Positions 26,695-36,616 of a stretch of DNA of 48,828 nucleotides are shown here, piece after piece. Source of the stretch: Myxococcales bacterium (GTDB taxonomy: Bacteria > Myxococcota_A > Polyangia > Haliangiales > J016); NCBI GenBank assembly GCA_014238595.1, contig JABAAV010000003.1, positions 1-48,828 of the forward strand. Direction: 5' to 3'. A model generated the notes under the pieces. The model saw nothing but the letters and a program-made list of their open reading frames with translations. It made no database searches and was not told where the DNA came from. Made by a program: the position numbers and the translations under genes. The stretch's first letter is position 1, and the number at the start of each line of letters is the position of its first letter.

Positions 26695-27816
26695 ATGACA
26701 ACAGGACGAGCAGCTGTTTTTTGTAAGGCCGGAGAACCGATGGTGATTCGGGAATTTCCTGTACAAGATCCTGATGAGGGATATACCTTGGTACGATTAT
26801 CGGTCACTAACATATGTGGTTCTGATTTGCATGTGTGGCGTGGTGAAACACCGATCGGTCGTGGTAGTGGAATGGAATGTATTTTAGGGCATGAAACAAC
26901 AGGCACAATCACAGCACTCGGAAAAGGGGTAAGCTCAGATGCATTAGGTCGAAGCTTAAAAGAAGGTGATCGTGTTGTGTTTACCTATTATAATTCTTGT
27001 GGTCGATGCTTGGCTTGTTTGCGTGGAGATGAAAATCAATGCGGCGTTTCTTTAATGTCCGTAATCCGACCTGCAACGATTGCACCACATTTTACTGGAG
27101 GGTTTGGCGAATATTATTATGTGTCACCCAAACAGCGAATGATTAAAGTTCCTGATCATGTTTCTAATGAAGCGGTTGCAGGTGTTAATTGTGCATTATC
27201 ACAAGTTATTTATGGATTGCTTCAGGCCAAACTTTCTTTTGGTGAGACTGTCGTGATTCAAGGTGCTGGTGGATTAGGATTGTATGCTACGGCTGTTGCA
27301 CGTCAAATGGGTGCCTCTTGCATCATTGTCATCGATGCTGTTTCAGAGCGTCTTGATTTGGCTCGTCGTATGGGTGCAACAGAAGTGATCGATATCAAGG
27401 AGATTCCCGATCCCAAAACACGAACAGGGAAAGTGATGTCTTACACAGAAGGATGGGGTGCTGATCTCGTGGTCGAAGTTGTTGGTCGTCCTGAAGCAAT
27501 GCCTGAAGGAATTCGTATGATGGGTCGCGGTGGTCGATATTTAACGCTTGGCAATATTACGCCAAAAGCATGTTACAAAGAAGACCCTTCTATTTTAGTT
27601 GGAGGTAACCGCTCTATTATTGGTGTCTCTCTTTATCCGCCTATAATTTTAAAATATGCGATTGATTTTGTTGCAAGAGAGCACGAACGATTGCCTTTGT
27701 TTGATATTCCTACGTTGTATGACTTAGAAGAGATTAATCAAGCGTTTGTTGATGCTGATCAATTTGCAAAGTCAGGCAAAGGGGTGACCCGTGCTTCAAT
27801 ACGATTAGCTAGTTAG
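26695..27816 (+). CDS. Zinc-dependent medium-chain dehydrogenase/reductase (MDR/ADH superfamily)
   Basis: ICGSDLHVWRGE, GHETTG, structural-zinc CGRCLACLRGDENQC, and Rossmann GAGGLGL. Confidence 0.8.
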   Translation: MTTGRAAVFCKAGEPMVIREFPVQDPDEGYTLVRLSVTNICGSDLHVWRGETPIGRGSGMECILGHETTGTITALGKGVSSDALGRSLKEGDRVVFTYYNSCGRCLACLRGDENQCGVSLMSVIRPATIAPHFTGGFGEYYYVSPKQRMIKVPDHVSNEAVAGVNCALSQVIYGLLQAKLSFGETVVIQGAGGLGLYATAVARQMGASCIIVIDAVSERLDLARRMGATEVIDIKEIPDPKTRTGKVMSYTEGWGADLVVEVVGRPEAMPEGIRMMGRGGRYLTLGNITPKACYKEDPSILVGGNRSIIGVSLYPPIILKYAIDFVAREHERLPLFDIPTLYDLEEINQAFVDADQFAKSGKGVTRASIRLAS

Positions 27817-27825
27817 TACGATTAA

Positions 27826-28875
27826 TCAATTACCCTCTGAACATTCGTCATATTTTTCAGCAATGTTTGCCAGACATGCGCTGCTTTCTGATGGTCTATC
27901 ATCGAAAAAGTCCTCATCGAAAATGTCACTGTCATCATTACCGATTGCCGCAACTCTACAACGTTGTAAAGGATGTGGTGCGATGTTGAGTGTGTCTAAC
28001 CAATCTTCAATATCACAAGAGGATAATGATCCGTTATATTCAATTCCCACAACAGGATCTTGCATAACAACCTCTTCCCCAAAATCCTCGATTAAGCGAT
28101 TCCATCCCTCTGTATTGTTTCCAACATCAGTCAGTGAATTGAGATCCAAAGATTGTAATTCATCGTTTAGAAAAACATGGAGAAGTACCCCAATTGAGGT
28201 TAACGCATCAAGAGAGAATGTGTTTAATTGACTGTTGAGATCCAGAGTTACTCCTCCAAGAACTGTTTCCAACTTTGGAAAATCAATCGATTGGAGTGTT
28301 TCGGTTTGTGTAATCTCTAGAGTGCCTTCAATTGCAGTCAGGACAGGCAATGTCATTGATGAAAAGTTTTTAGTTGCTGCAATTGACAGATTACCTCCTA
28401 TATTAAGAAGAGCGGGGAATTTTGAAAAATCAGTCATCTCAAGCGTTGTATCTGTAGAGAGATATCCTTCAATTTTTAAGTCTTCTCCAATGGTTGTTAG
28501 CTGAGGAAATCCTGAAAAATCAGTGAGATTTTTCGTATCTTGGATAATAAGGCTACCACTAATATCTGTGAGGCAAGGAACATCGTGGACTGTATTTTCA
28601 ATAAAAAGATCGCCTTCAATCCTCGACAATGTTTTCAATTCGAATATCTCGAGGGGTAAAAAATCATCGTCTTTAAGAAACAAACTACCATTATAGACTT
28701 GATCGGGATTACAGGTCTCTGTAGGCGTAGGACCCTCTTCCCCAGGAATGATATCAGGATCAATAGACGAAGAAGTAGCCGTAGGCTCTGAAGCTACAGA
28801 GACAGGCTCGTGGTTGCACCCAAGACTGACACAAAAAAACAGAAGCATAGAACTAATATAGTGGCGCGGCATCAT
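27826..28875 (-). CDS. Repeat (receptor-L-domain-like / LRR beta-helix) lipoprotein, distant paralog
   Basis: Signal peptide MMPRHYISSMLLFFCVSLGC. About 24-aa repeats follow (LTDISGSLIIQDTKNLTDFSGFPQLTTIGEDLKIEG..., LPVLTAIEGTLEITQTETLQSIDFPKLETVLGGVTLDLNSQL...). Cys-containing acidic C-terminus. AAGGAG RBS 8 nt upstream. Confidence 0.65.
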   Translation of the reverse strand: MMPRHYISSMLLFFCVSLGCNHEPVSVASEPTATSSSIDPDIIPGEEGPTPTETCNPDQVYNGSLFLKDDDFLPLEIFELKTLSRIEGDLFIENTVHDVPCLTDISGSLIIQDTKNLTDFSGFPQLTTIGEDLKIEGYLSTDTTLEMTDFSKFPALLNIGGNLSIAATKNFSSMTLPVLTAIEGTLEITQTETLQSIDFPKLETVLGGVTLDLNSQLNTFSLDALTSIGVLLHVFLNDELQSLDLNSLTDVGNNTEGWNRLIEDFGEEVVMQDPVVGIEYNGSLSSCDIEDWLDTLNIAPHPLQRCRVAAIGNDDSDIFDEDFFDDRPSESSACLANIAEKYDECSEGN

Positions 28876-28920
28876 GATGAGAGTCTCCTTGCATTATTAA
28901 AAATACGACTAATAGGCACC

Positions 28921-28948
28921 ATTATAGTATGCCAAGAACAGAATGCAA
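28921..28948 (-). promoter_or_regulatory. Putative sigma70-type promoter of the 349-aa lipoprotein gene
   Basis: Minus strand: TTGCAT (28948-28943), 16 nt, a perfect TATAAT (28926-28921), then the AAGGAG RBS and the ATG at 28875. Confidence 0.4.
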
Positions 28949-29028
28949 GGCTATGCCGTGGTTCTCAACGAAATATTGAATTTGTTTGAATGAACAGGGC
29001 TAAACGATTGATAATTTTTTGTTACTAA

Positions 29029-30849
29029 TTATGACAAGGCGGTTCGTGTAAAATAGCCATGTGGATCATAGCTTCGTAGGATCGCAAGCTCTTGCTCAGA
29101 AGGATTGGGCAATGGTGTTAATGATGGTGCGAATTTCAAATCCCAATCGGTATGATGGACAAGATCGGCTTTGGCCTCATCCTCTGACAGGTAGCCCGTT
29201 TTTCCTCCTTGAAAATAGCCCGTCACAACAAACACGCCATCTTGTTGTCGTTTCAAAATACATCGATCGGTGACAATGGCACAAACACGATTGCCTGGTG
29301 ATGTAATGTAAGCAACCTTTTTGCAGAATGTTCTTTTGTTCATAGGAGTAATGACCATTAATGATGTTGCATGACAGGCAACATCATTACCGCCACCAGA
29401 GCCTAATAAGTGGAGCGTATCTGGAATGCATGTCGAGTTAATATTGCCCAAGGGGTCAATTTGAGCCGCTCCAACAGCCCCTAATGTTTTGTGTGAAGAA
29501 ATAATCATAGTCAACGATGTAAAAATATCAGCCACAGCAATACAGGTTTGTTGGTTGTGCAATGACATAATGGAAGAATCTCCTGGTCGTGGTTCAAAAC
29601 CAAAAAATCCCATATCAACGACTAACTCAATTTCTTTGCGTGTTTTATGTAAGAAATAATGCGCAACCCATGTCGATAAATTTGCGGCGCCAACGCCTGC
29701 AAGCAGACAATCAAATGTTTCTGTGTTCACCATTGATTGCAACAATGTCGATGCAGCAATAATTTTTCGTTCTTGTGAGGTAAACGCCTTGAGAGAACGC
29801 GGTTTGTTTTTTATCGCTATGGGATTAGGTGAAGGATTGTTTTTCCAAGAACTGGGTAGAGCATTTTTTTTCAATGTGTTCAAATGCTCTTGACCAAGTT
29901 TGTCTAAGAATGCGTCATGTGAAGGACAGTTTAAAATCCATTCTTCGATCCATGCAAGTGCTGTTTCTTTGTTGTTAAATGTTTGATTAACATCATAAGA
30001 AAATGCTGGATCATCAGAATAAGAAGGAAGTTCTGAAATCTCCATATTGTTTTGAGCTCGAGGATGATTTCCAAATGGTAATTCAATAACAGCATCCACA
30101 AGTCGTGCAGGTATTTGCACTAGATAATTGTGTTTTTTTAGATAGTCGGTGGATACAATGGTTTCGGTAGAGATAAGAACATGTTTTTTTGCTGCAAATG
30201 CAGAGAGCGCACCTTCTCCAGAGGGTACAGAAAGCAAAGCATTACCATGTTTATCGCATGCTAACACATGAAGAATTGCAATATCTGGATGATAGGGAGA
30301 TAAAACTCCAATTTTTTTATCTGTTCCAAATGGATCAGTGATCATTTGAAAGGCATGAGCATTGTCTGTTTCCATGGTTGAATTGGAAATAGAATGTGTG
30401 GGGAGAAATGGTACTTTGATTGCTGCCGCAAAAAGTCGCGTGATCAAACTTAAAATAGACCAATGTTCAATGGTGACACGTCCCGACTTCCATGCCTCAT
30501 TAATGATGCTATTGGGCGAGGGATAAGGCCAAACAGTTCCAGAAAATGTTGTCATTGCTTTTGTCATGAGATCATCAAAAAACAATGGCATAAAAGATTC
30601 TGATACAGACAATGACGATACAGTAAAGGCAGGTTGTTGTTTCCAATATTGTCGAATGATTTCGTATAACATTGGTATCGATCGACAAGGACTGCTTGCA
30701 AAATGTATGGTCATCCCAGGCTTGACAAATTTCTTGACTGCCTCTTGGGCCGATATCCGTTTATCCTTGCCATAATGTGGTAAATCATTGTTAAAATAAG
30801 TTTTAACAAGATGTTGATAAGAGGGAATATGTGATTCAAAAGGTTCCAT
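29029..30849 (-). CDS. Fused alpha/beta class I CoA-transferase (glutaconate/3-oxoacid CoA-transferase-like)
   Basis: About 606 aa from the ATG at 30849 (MEPFESH...). The N-terminal half resembles subunit A (FVKPGMTIHFASS). The C-terminal half resembles subunit B (AGVGAANLSTWVA...GSGGGNDV). The longest ORF, starting at 30906, would overlap the divergent SDR gene. Confidence 0.65.
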   Translation of the reverse strand: MEPFESHIPSYQHLVKTYFNNDLPHYGKDKRISAQEAVKKFVKPGMTIHFASSPCRSIPMLYEIIRQYWKQQPAFTVSSLSVSESFMPLFFDDLMTKAMTTFSGTVWPYPSPNSIINEAWKSGRVTIEHWSILSLITRLFAAAIKVPFLPTHSISNSTMETDNAHAFQMITDPFGTDKKIGVLSPYHPDIAILHVLACDKHGNALLSVPSGEGALSAFAAKKHVLISTETIVSTDYLKKHNYLVQIPARLVDAVIELPFGNHPRAQNNMEISELPSYSDDPAFSYDVNQTFNNKETALAWIEEWILNCPSHDAFLDKLGQEHLNTLKKNALPSSWKNNPSPNPIAIKNKPRSLKAFTSQERKIIAASTLLQSMVNTETFDCLLAGVGAANLSTWVAHYFLHKTRKEIELVVDMGFFGFEPRPGDSSIMSLHNQQTCIAVADIFTSLTMIISSHKTLGAVGAAQIDPLGNINSTCIPDTLHLLGSGGGNDVACHATSLMVITPMNKRTFCKKVAYITSPGNRVCAIVTDRCILKRQQDGVFVVTGYFQGGKTGYLSEDEAKADLVHHTDWDLKFAPSLTPLPNPSEQELAILRSYDPHGYFTRTALS

Positions 30850-30880
30850 GTTCAATAAGGTTCCCTTATAAAGAACAACA

Positions 30881-31654
30881 GTGAATAGCACAACATGGAA
30901 TGGCAAAGTAGCATTGGTTACTGGTGCAAGTCGCGGTATTGGTAAGGCAATTGCCGATAAATTGGCCGCTTTGGGTGTCTCGGTCGCGTTGGTTGCGCGT
31001 CATGAAGACGATCTCATCTTAGTTCGTGATGAGATTGTGCGTTGTGGTGGTACTGGGGAAGTGTTTGCGTGTCACATGGGTAATGTTGATGCAATCAATA
31101 CAATGGTTGAGCATGTCATCAATCATTTTGGTGACATTGATATTATTGTTAACAATGCTGCAACAAATCCTAGCCATGGCAATTTAACCGAGGTTTCTTG
31201 GCCTGCATGGGATAAAACCTTTGATGTGAATCTCAAGGGATATCTTGCGGTGATTCAAGCCGTTTATCGACAATGGCAAGAACATGGGAAAGATTGCTCT
31301 TCTAAATCTATTATCAACATGGCGAGTATTGCAGGTCTTGAAGGGATGCCACAAGAAGGTGTTTATGCAATGACAAAAGCTGCCATTATCTCAATGACAA
31401 AAACATTAGCAGCAGAGCTTGGTAGCAAAGGTATTCGTGTCAATGCCATTGCACCAGGATGGGTTGACACCTCTTTTTCGCGCGCTGTTATTCAAAACTC
31501 TCGACAGGTGGATGCTATTGTCAAAAAAACACCGCTAGGTCGTGTTGGTATTCCACAAGATATTTCAGGTGCAGCTATTTTTTTGGCGAGCGATGAATCT
31601 GCCTATGTGACAGGGTCAGTTTTGACCGTTGATGGTGGTTGGACTGCCGCTTAA
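30881..31654 (+). CDS. Short-chain dehydrogenase/reductase (SDR)
   Basis: ALVTGASRGIGKA, NNAA, S...YAMTKAA catalytic triad region, and SAYVTGSVLTVDGGW. GTG start. Confidence 0.85.
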   Translation: MNSTTWNGKVALVTGASRGIGKAIADKLAALGVSVALVARHEDDLILVRDEIVRCGGTGEVFACHMGNVDAINTMVEHVINHFGDIDIIVNNAATNPSHGNLTEVSWPAWDKTFDVNLKGYLAVIQAVYRQWQEHGKDCSSKSIINMASIAGLEGMPQEGVYAMTKAAIISMTKTLAAELGSKGIRVNAIAPGWVDTSFSRAVIQNSRQVDAIVKKTPLGRVGIPQDISGAAIFLASDESAYVTGSVLTVDGGWTAA

Positions 31655-31678
31655 TTTTTAAAACAGAAAAAACGATAT

Positions 31679-33148
31679 ATGACAGAAACAAAAATAATTA
31701 TTAATCAAACGGATCAAGAAATTCGTGTGGGATTAGTTGAACAAGGACGACTTGCTGAATGCTTTATTGAACGAACACAAAGTATTGTTGGCAATATTTA
31801 TAAAGGGAAAATAAAAACAATTCTTCCTGGTATGCAAGCAGCTTTTGTGGATATTGGATTGCCTAAAGCAGGATATCTCTCTTTCGATGATCTCGTGACA
31901 TCGTCTTCTAAATCATTAAAGGAGAATCAAACCATTGTTGTTCAGGTGGTGCGTGAAGGTATTGGAACGAAAGGACCTAGAATCACCGCACAAATATCTA
32001 TTGCAGGAAGGCAATTAGTATTTATGCCCAACAGTTCCCAAGTGGGTGTTTCACGGCGTATTCGTTCTGATAAAGAACGGCGAAGATTACGCAGTATTTT
32101 AGATGACTTATCGCCTGAAAATACAGGACTTCTTGCGCGCACGGCTGCCGAAGGTATGGATAAAAAAATATTGCAAGAAGATGTCGTGTTTTTGCAAAAA
32201 TGTTGGGCGGATATTGAGACCAAAAAGAAAAAAGGAAAAATTCCTTCTTTAATTTATTCAGATGGTAATTTAGCCGTTAGAATCATTCGTGATCGGATGT
32301 CTTCTGATATCACTGAAATTATTGCAGACACTAAAAAGAACTACACCGAAATTCACAAATTTTTTACACGGTTTATGCCGCAATGGATTGATCGTATTCA
32401 ATTGTTTTCAGGAAATACACCTATCTTTGAACAACATGGATTAGAAAGCGCTTTGCGACAGGCGATTCTTCGAAAAGTGCCACTAAACTCTGGAGGATCA
32501 TTGGTGTTCGATCAGGGAGAAGCATTAGCAGTCGTTGATGTGAATACAGGAAGTTTTGTAGGCAAAAAACATTTAGAAGAGACCGTTATCACGAACAATT
32601 TAGAAGCGTGTCAAGAAGTTGTTAATCAAATGCGTCTTCGTAATCTTGGCGGTATTGTTGTGATTGATTTTGTAGATATGGAAGAAGAGGAAAATCGAAA
32701 AAAACTATTAAATACGTTTTGTAATGCTTTAAAAAATGATCGATCAAAAACGAATGTGACTCGATTGAGTGAACTTGGTTTAGTAGAGATGACACGGAAG
32801 CGAACACAACAATCATTGACACAAACAATGACAGAAACTTGTTCAACTTGTGATGGAACAGGGTCTGTCATATCACAAGAAACCTTGTGTTATGATTTGT
32901 TGCGACAGCTTCATCAACAAGGTAAGAAAGCACGGAAACGTCCTGTGAAAATTGAAGCATCAGATGCTATTTTGAAACGGTTAAAACAAACGCATCAAGC
33001 GTATTTGTTTGAATTAGAGAAACGGTTTGGGATACCCATTGAATTGTGTCCCAATAATACGCTTGCAGACAAAGATTATCGAATACGAATTGTTTCATCC
33101 GAAAAAAGCCGTTCGAGAAGAACTTCACGAAACAAAGAAAAATCTTAA
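31679..33148 (+). CDS. rng: Ribonuclease G (Rne/Rng family endoribonuclease)
   Basis: 489 aa. S1 domain (GNIYKGKIKTILPGMQAAFVDIG), catalytic VVDVNTG.. / GGIVVIDFVDM, and a C..C zinc-link (CSTCDGTG). It lacks the long RNase E scaffold tail. Confidence 0.85.
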   Translation: MTETKIIINQTDQEIRVGLVEQGRLAECFIERTQSIVGNIYKGKIKTILPGMQAAFVDIGLPKAGYLSFDDLVTSSSKSLKENQTIVVQVVREGIGTKGPRITAQISIAGRQLVFMPNSSQVGVSRRIRSDKERRRLRSILDDLSPENTGLLARTAAEGMDKKILQEDVVFLQKCWADIETKKKKGKIPSLIYSDGNLAVRIIRDRMSSDITEIIADTKKNYTEIHKFFTRFMPQWIDRIQLFSGNTPIFEQHGLESALRQAILRKVPLNSGGSLVFDQGEALAVVDVNTGSFVGKKHLEETVITNNLEACQEVVNQMRLRNLGGIVVIDFVDMEEEENRKKLLNTFCNALKNDRSKTNVTRLSELGLVEMTRKRTQQSLTQTMTETCSTCDGTGSVISQETLCYDLLRQLHQQGKKARKRPVKIEASDAILKRLKQTHQAYLFELEKRFGIPIELCPNNTLADKDYRIRIVSSEKSRSRRTSRNKEKS

Positions 33149-33193
33149 CTCATGATGAATTGTTGAACCTATTGCTGCTCGTATTAGAAGATC

Positions 33194-33221
33194 ACATCAA
33201 AATAAAGGGTGATGTTTTTTT
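33194..33221 (+). terminator. Weak candidate intrinsic terminator after rng
   Basis: ACATCA (33194-33199) / TGATGT (33210-33215) form a 6-bp AT-rich stem with a 10-nt loop, followed by a T7 run. Confidence 0.35.
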
Positions 33222-33335
33222 GTAAAAAGCGGCATTCATTTGTGTTAAACAAGGATTTGAATCGTTATATTGCTGGTAGCTTGACAGAGATACTCAGAAG
33301 CAAGTAAACAGAAATGCCTTGATGGCACGATCGTT

Positions 33336-34427
33336 ATGATAGTTCAATCCATGCAGCAAGTTTTAGATCATAAAGGAGCTCTTTGTCAGGATGCAAAGAT
33401 GCCTGATTTATCCGATAAGGAGCTGCTTCGTTTGTTTGATACGATGCTTCATGTTCGTGTTATGGACGAACGGATGCTTCGTTTACAACGGCAAGGACGA
33501 TTAGGGTTTTACATGACATCTCTTGGAGAAGAAGCAACCCATTTAGCGGTTCAGCCTTTAACACAGGAGGATTGTCTGTTTCCTTCATACCGTGAAACCG
33601 GTGCTTTATTTTGGCGCGGATTGACTAATGAAGATTATATCAATCAACTTTATGGAAATCGAAAAGATCCAATCAAAGGACGACAGATGCCCGTGCATCA
33701 TTCGTCAAAAGAGAAAAACATTGTTTCGATAAGTTCACCCGTAGGGACACAGATTCCTCAAGCCGTTGGTGCTGCTATGGCAGGTCGTAAGCAAGGTCGT
33801 GCTGCCATGGTTTTTTTTGGTGAAGGAACCTCATCTACGGGATCTTTTCATGTTGGCTGTAATTTTGCCGCTGTCATGAAGGCCCCTGTGGTTTTTATAT
33901 GCCGTAATAATGGTTGGGCAATTTCCGTACCCAAACATAAGCAAACTGCATCAGAAACATTTGCTCAAAAAGCAATTGCCTATGGGATGCCAGGTATTTT
34001 AGTTGATGGTAACGATATCTTGGCCGTGGTTGCCGCAGCACAAGAAGCAGTCGCTCATGCCAAAGCAGGCAAAGGCCCAACATTAATAGAGCTTAAAACA
34101 TATCGCATGGGAGGTCATTCAAGTTCAGATGATCCTTCAGTCTATCGAGATGAAGCGGAAGTAACTGAATGGGAATCAGCAGATCCCGTCAATCGATTTC
34201 ATGCGTATCTAAAAAACAAAAAACTTTTAACAGATGATCAAGAAACCAAGATGCGTGATGCGCATGTTAAAAATATAACAGAAGCACAAAACATTGCAGA
34301 CAAAGAGCCTCCACCTGAGGTTGAAACATTGTTTGACGATGTGTTTGAAGAAATGCCATGGCATCTTAAAGAACAACAAGCGTGGTTATTGCAACAAAAA
34401 CGAACGAAATCGCCGCATGGTCATTGA
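33336..34427 (+). CDS. Branched-chain 2-oxoacid dehydrogenase E1 alpha subunit
   Basis: RLQRQGRLGFY, the TPP motif FGEGTSSTGSFHVGCNFAAV...FICRNNGWAIS (GEG form, as in BCKDH E1a), and YRMGGHSSSDDPSVYR. Confidence 0.85.
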   Translation: MIVQSMQQVLDHKGALCQDAKMPDLSDKELLRLFDTMLHVRVMDERMLRLQRQGRLGFYMTSLGEEATHLAVQPLTQEDCLFPSYRETGALFWRGLTNEDYINQLYGNRKDPIKGRQMPVHHSSKEKNIVSISSPVGTQIPQAVGAAMAGRKQGRAAMVFFGEGTSSTGSFHVGCNFAAVMKAPVVFICRNNGWAISVPKHKQTASETFAQKAIAYGMPGILVDGNDILAVVAAAQEAVAHAKAGKGPTLIELKTYRMGGHSSSDDPSVYRDEAEVTEWESADPVNRFHAYLKNKKLLTDDQETKMRDAHVKNITEAQNIADKEPPPEVETLFDDVFEEMPWHLKEQQAWLLQQKRTKSPHGH

Positions 34428-34459
34428 TCGTATCACCATGGAAGGATGAAAAAGCAACT

Positions 34460-35425
34460 ATGCCTACAATGAATATAATTCAAGCTGTTAACGATGCATT
34501 GCATCTTGAGATGAAACGCAACGATAAGATCATTGTTCTTGGTGAAGATGTGGGGAAATTTGGTGGTGTATTTCGAGCAACGAGTGGTCTATCCGAAACC
34601 TTTGGTGACGATCGTGTTATTGATACCCCGCTTTCTGAAGAAGGTATTATTGGAACAGCAATTGGTATGGCTCTGTATGGATTAAGACCTGTTCCTGAAA
34701 TTCAGTTTTCGGATTTTATTTTTCCAGCGTTTGACCAAATTGTGAATGAACTTGCAAAATTTCGCTATCGTTCTGGTGGTCAATACCCTTGTCCTGTCGT
34801 GATACGAACACCCTATGGTGGTGGTATTCGTGGTGGTCATTACCATTCACAATCACCTGAAGCTTTGTTTATTCATACCCCTGGCTTGAAAGTGATTACG
34901 CCTTCAAATCCTGTTGATGCTAAAGGTCTATTGTTAAGTGCTATGCGTCAAAACGATCCCGTGATTTTTCTTGAACCGAAACGTATTTACCGTGCATCAA
35001 AAGGAGATGTTTCGAAAGAAGATTATACAACACCGATTGGTAAAGCAGCGATTGTACAAGAAGGAACAGATTGTACATTAATTACTTATGGCGCAATGGT
35101 CTCTGTAGCATTGGAAGCCGCGCAACAAACAGATGTTTCCATTGAAGTGATTGATCTACGGACATTGCTTCCATTTGATATAGAAACGGTTATTGCTTCT
35201 GTAACAAAAACAAATCGTGCAATGGTGCTTCATGAAGCACCGAAAACCTGTGGATTTGGTGCAGAATTAATTGCTTCAATTCAAGAACGTGCGTTGGATC
35301 AATTACATGCACCTATTTTGCGTGTCTGTGGTTTTGATACACCGTTTCCGTATACGTTAGAATTTGAATATTTACCGAATGCAGATCGTGTTCTTTCTTG
35401 TGTTCATGAAATTATGGAGTGGTGA
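34460..35425 (+). CDS. Branched-chain 2-oxoacid dehydrogenase E1 beta subunit
   Basis: MPTMNIIQAVNDAL..., GEDVGKFGGVFR, DTPLSEEGI and FLEPKRIY. The ATG at 34460 follows GGAAGGA. The longest ORF, starting at 34382, overlaps the E1a 3' end. Confidence 0.9.
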   Translation: MPTMNIIQAVNDALHLEMKRNDKIIVLGEDVGKFGGVFRATSGLSETFGDDRVIDTPLSEEGIIGTAIGMALYGLRPVPEIQFSDFIFPAFDQIVNELAKFRYRSGGQYPCPVVIRTPYGGGIRGGHYHSQSPEALFIHTPGLKVITPSNPVDAKGLLLSAMRQNDPVIFLEPKRIYRASKGDVSKEDYTTPIGKAAIVQEGTDCTLITYGAMVSVALEAAQQTDVSIEVIDLRTLLPFDIETVIASVTKTNRAMVLHEAPKTCGFGAELIASIQERALDQLHAPILRVCGFDTPFPYTLEFEYLPNADRVLSCVHEIMEW

Positions 35426-35428
35426 GTT

Positions 35429-36616
35429 ATGTCTTTTTCGTTTCGTTTACCCGATATTGGTGAAGGTGTTGTAGAGGGCGAAGTTGTTGCTTGGAAAGTT
35501 TCCGAAGGGGACTTGATTGCACTTGATGAGCCGATGGTAGAAATTCAAACAGACAAAGCTTCTGTAGAAATACCATCACCACGACAAGGAACCATTGCTA
35601 AAATCATGTTTCAAGAGGGTGAAATTTGTCCTGTGGGTGATGTGTTGGTGGTCATTGATGTTGAAGGTGAAGAAACATCACAAGAGACGCAATCACAAGA
35701 AAGTACACCGCAGCAGAAAACACCTGCATCTCCCAAAACATCTAAATCATCAAATTCAAAAAGTCATGGTAAATCTTCTGTATTGGCACCACCTTCAGTG
35801 CGAAAATTAGCACGAGAAAAAGGTGTTGATTTGGAATCCATTGCGATCAAAGGAAAACGAATTTCTGCCGAGGATGTTCTTGAAGCCGCAAGAGCAACAA
35901 CAGGTACTTCAAATTCGGAAAGTCAACGTGAAGAGCGTATTCCACTAAAAGGTGTCCGTGCAAAGATTGCTGAAAACATGAGTCAGTCAGTGTCAACAGC
36001 CGCACATTTTACTTATGTTGAAGAACTGGATGTTACAACATTAGTTGAGTTGCGTCAGCAAGCCAAAAAGAACATGGAAAATCTAACGTATTTACCATTC
36101 TTTATCAAAGCCGTTGTTGCGGGACTAAAAAAACATCCAGAACTTAATGCGACATTAGATGAACAATCTAAAGAGATTGTTCATAAATTTTATTATCATA
36201 TTGGTATTGCGATACAAGGTACAAACGGATTGGTGGTGGTTGTGATTCGTGATGCTGATAAAAAATCGATTAAAGAATTGTCTCACGAGATTGTGAGATT
36301 GTCTGACGAAGTGCAAACAAATAAAATCAAACGCGATGATATGGTTGGATCAACCTTCACTATTTCTTCTTTGGGTCAACGTGGTGGTGTCTTGGCAACG
36401 CCGATTATTAATTTTCCTGAAGTTGGTATTTTAGGTGTTCACCAGCTCAAAGAAAAACCTGCTGTTTATCAAGGCGAGATTGTTCCACGTTGGTTGATGA
36501 ATCTTTCATTATCGTTGGATCATCGTATTGTGGATGGTTGGAATGGCGCTGAGTTTATGAATACAGTCAAAACAGCACTTGAAGCACCTGATCCTATGTT
36601 TACGGATTTAATGTAG
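35429..36616 (+). CDS. Dihydrolipoamide acyltransferase E2 (single lipoyl domain)
   Basis: Lipoyl motif EIQTDKASVEI, Ser/Pro/Lys-rich linker, subunit-binding PSVRKLAREKGVDL, and catalytic DHRIVDG. Confidence 0.9.
   Translation: MSFSFRLPDIGEGVVEGEVVAWKVSEGDLIALDEPMVEIQTDKASVEIPSPRQGTIAKIMFQEGEICPVGDVLVVIDVEGEETSQETQSQESTPQQKTPASPKTSKSSNSKSHGKSSVLAPPSVRKLAREKGVDLESIAIKGKRISAEDVLEAARATTGTSNSESQREERIPLKGVRAKIAENMSQSVSTAAHFTYVEELDVTTLVELRQQAKKNMENLTYLPFFIKAVVAGLKKHPELNATLDEQSKEIVHKFYYHIGIAIQGTNGLVVVVIRDADKKSIKELSHEIVRLSDEVQTNKIKRDDMVGSTFTISSLGQRGGVLATPIINFPEVGILGVHQLKEKPAVYQGEIVPRWLMNLSLSLDHRIVDGWNGAEFMNTVKTALEAPDPMFTDLM

Noticed and set aside
34382-34459. Longest-ORF N-terminal extensions. These are 34382-34459 (E1b), 23383-23502 (crotonase), 30850-30906 (CoA-transferase), 39090-39140 (lipB), 44855-45070 (DUF3109-like), 45312-45368 (epimerase), 46820-46984 (DUF971), 47535-47642 (queC) and 14273-14317 (zinc ribbon).
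   Set aside because: Each extension overlaps the preceding gene or adds non-homologous residues ahead of a canonical family N-terminus. An internal start gives 4-40-nt spacers and the expected protein start.
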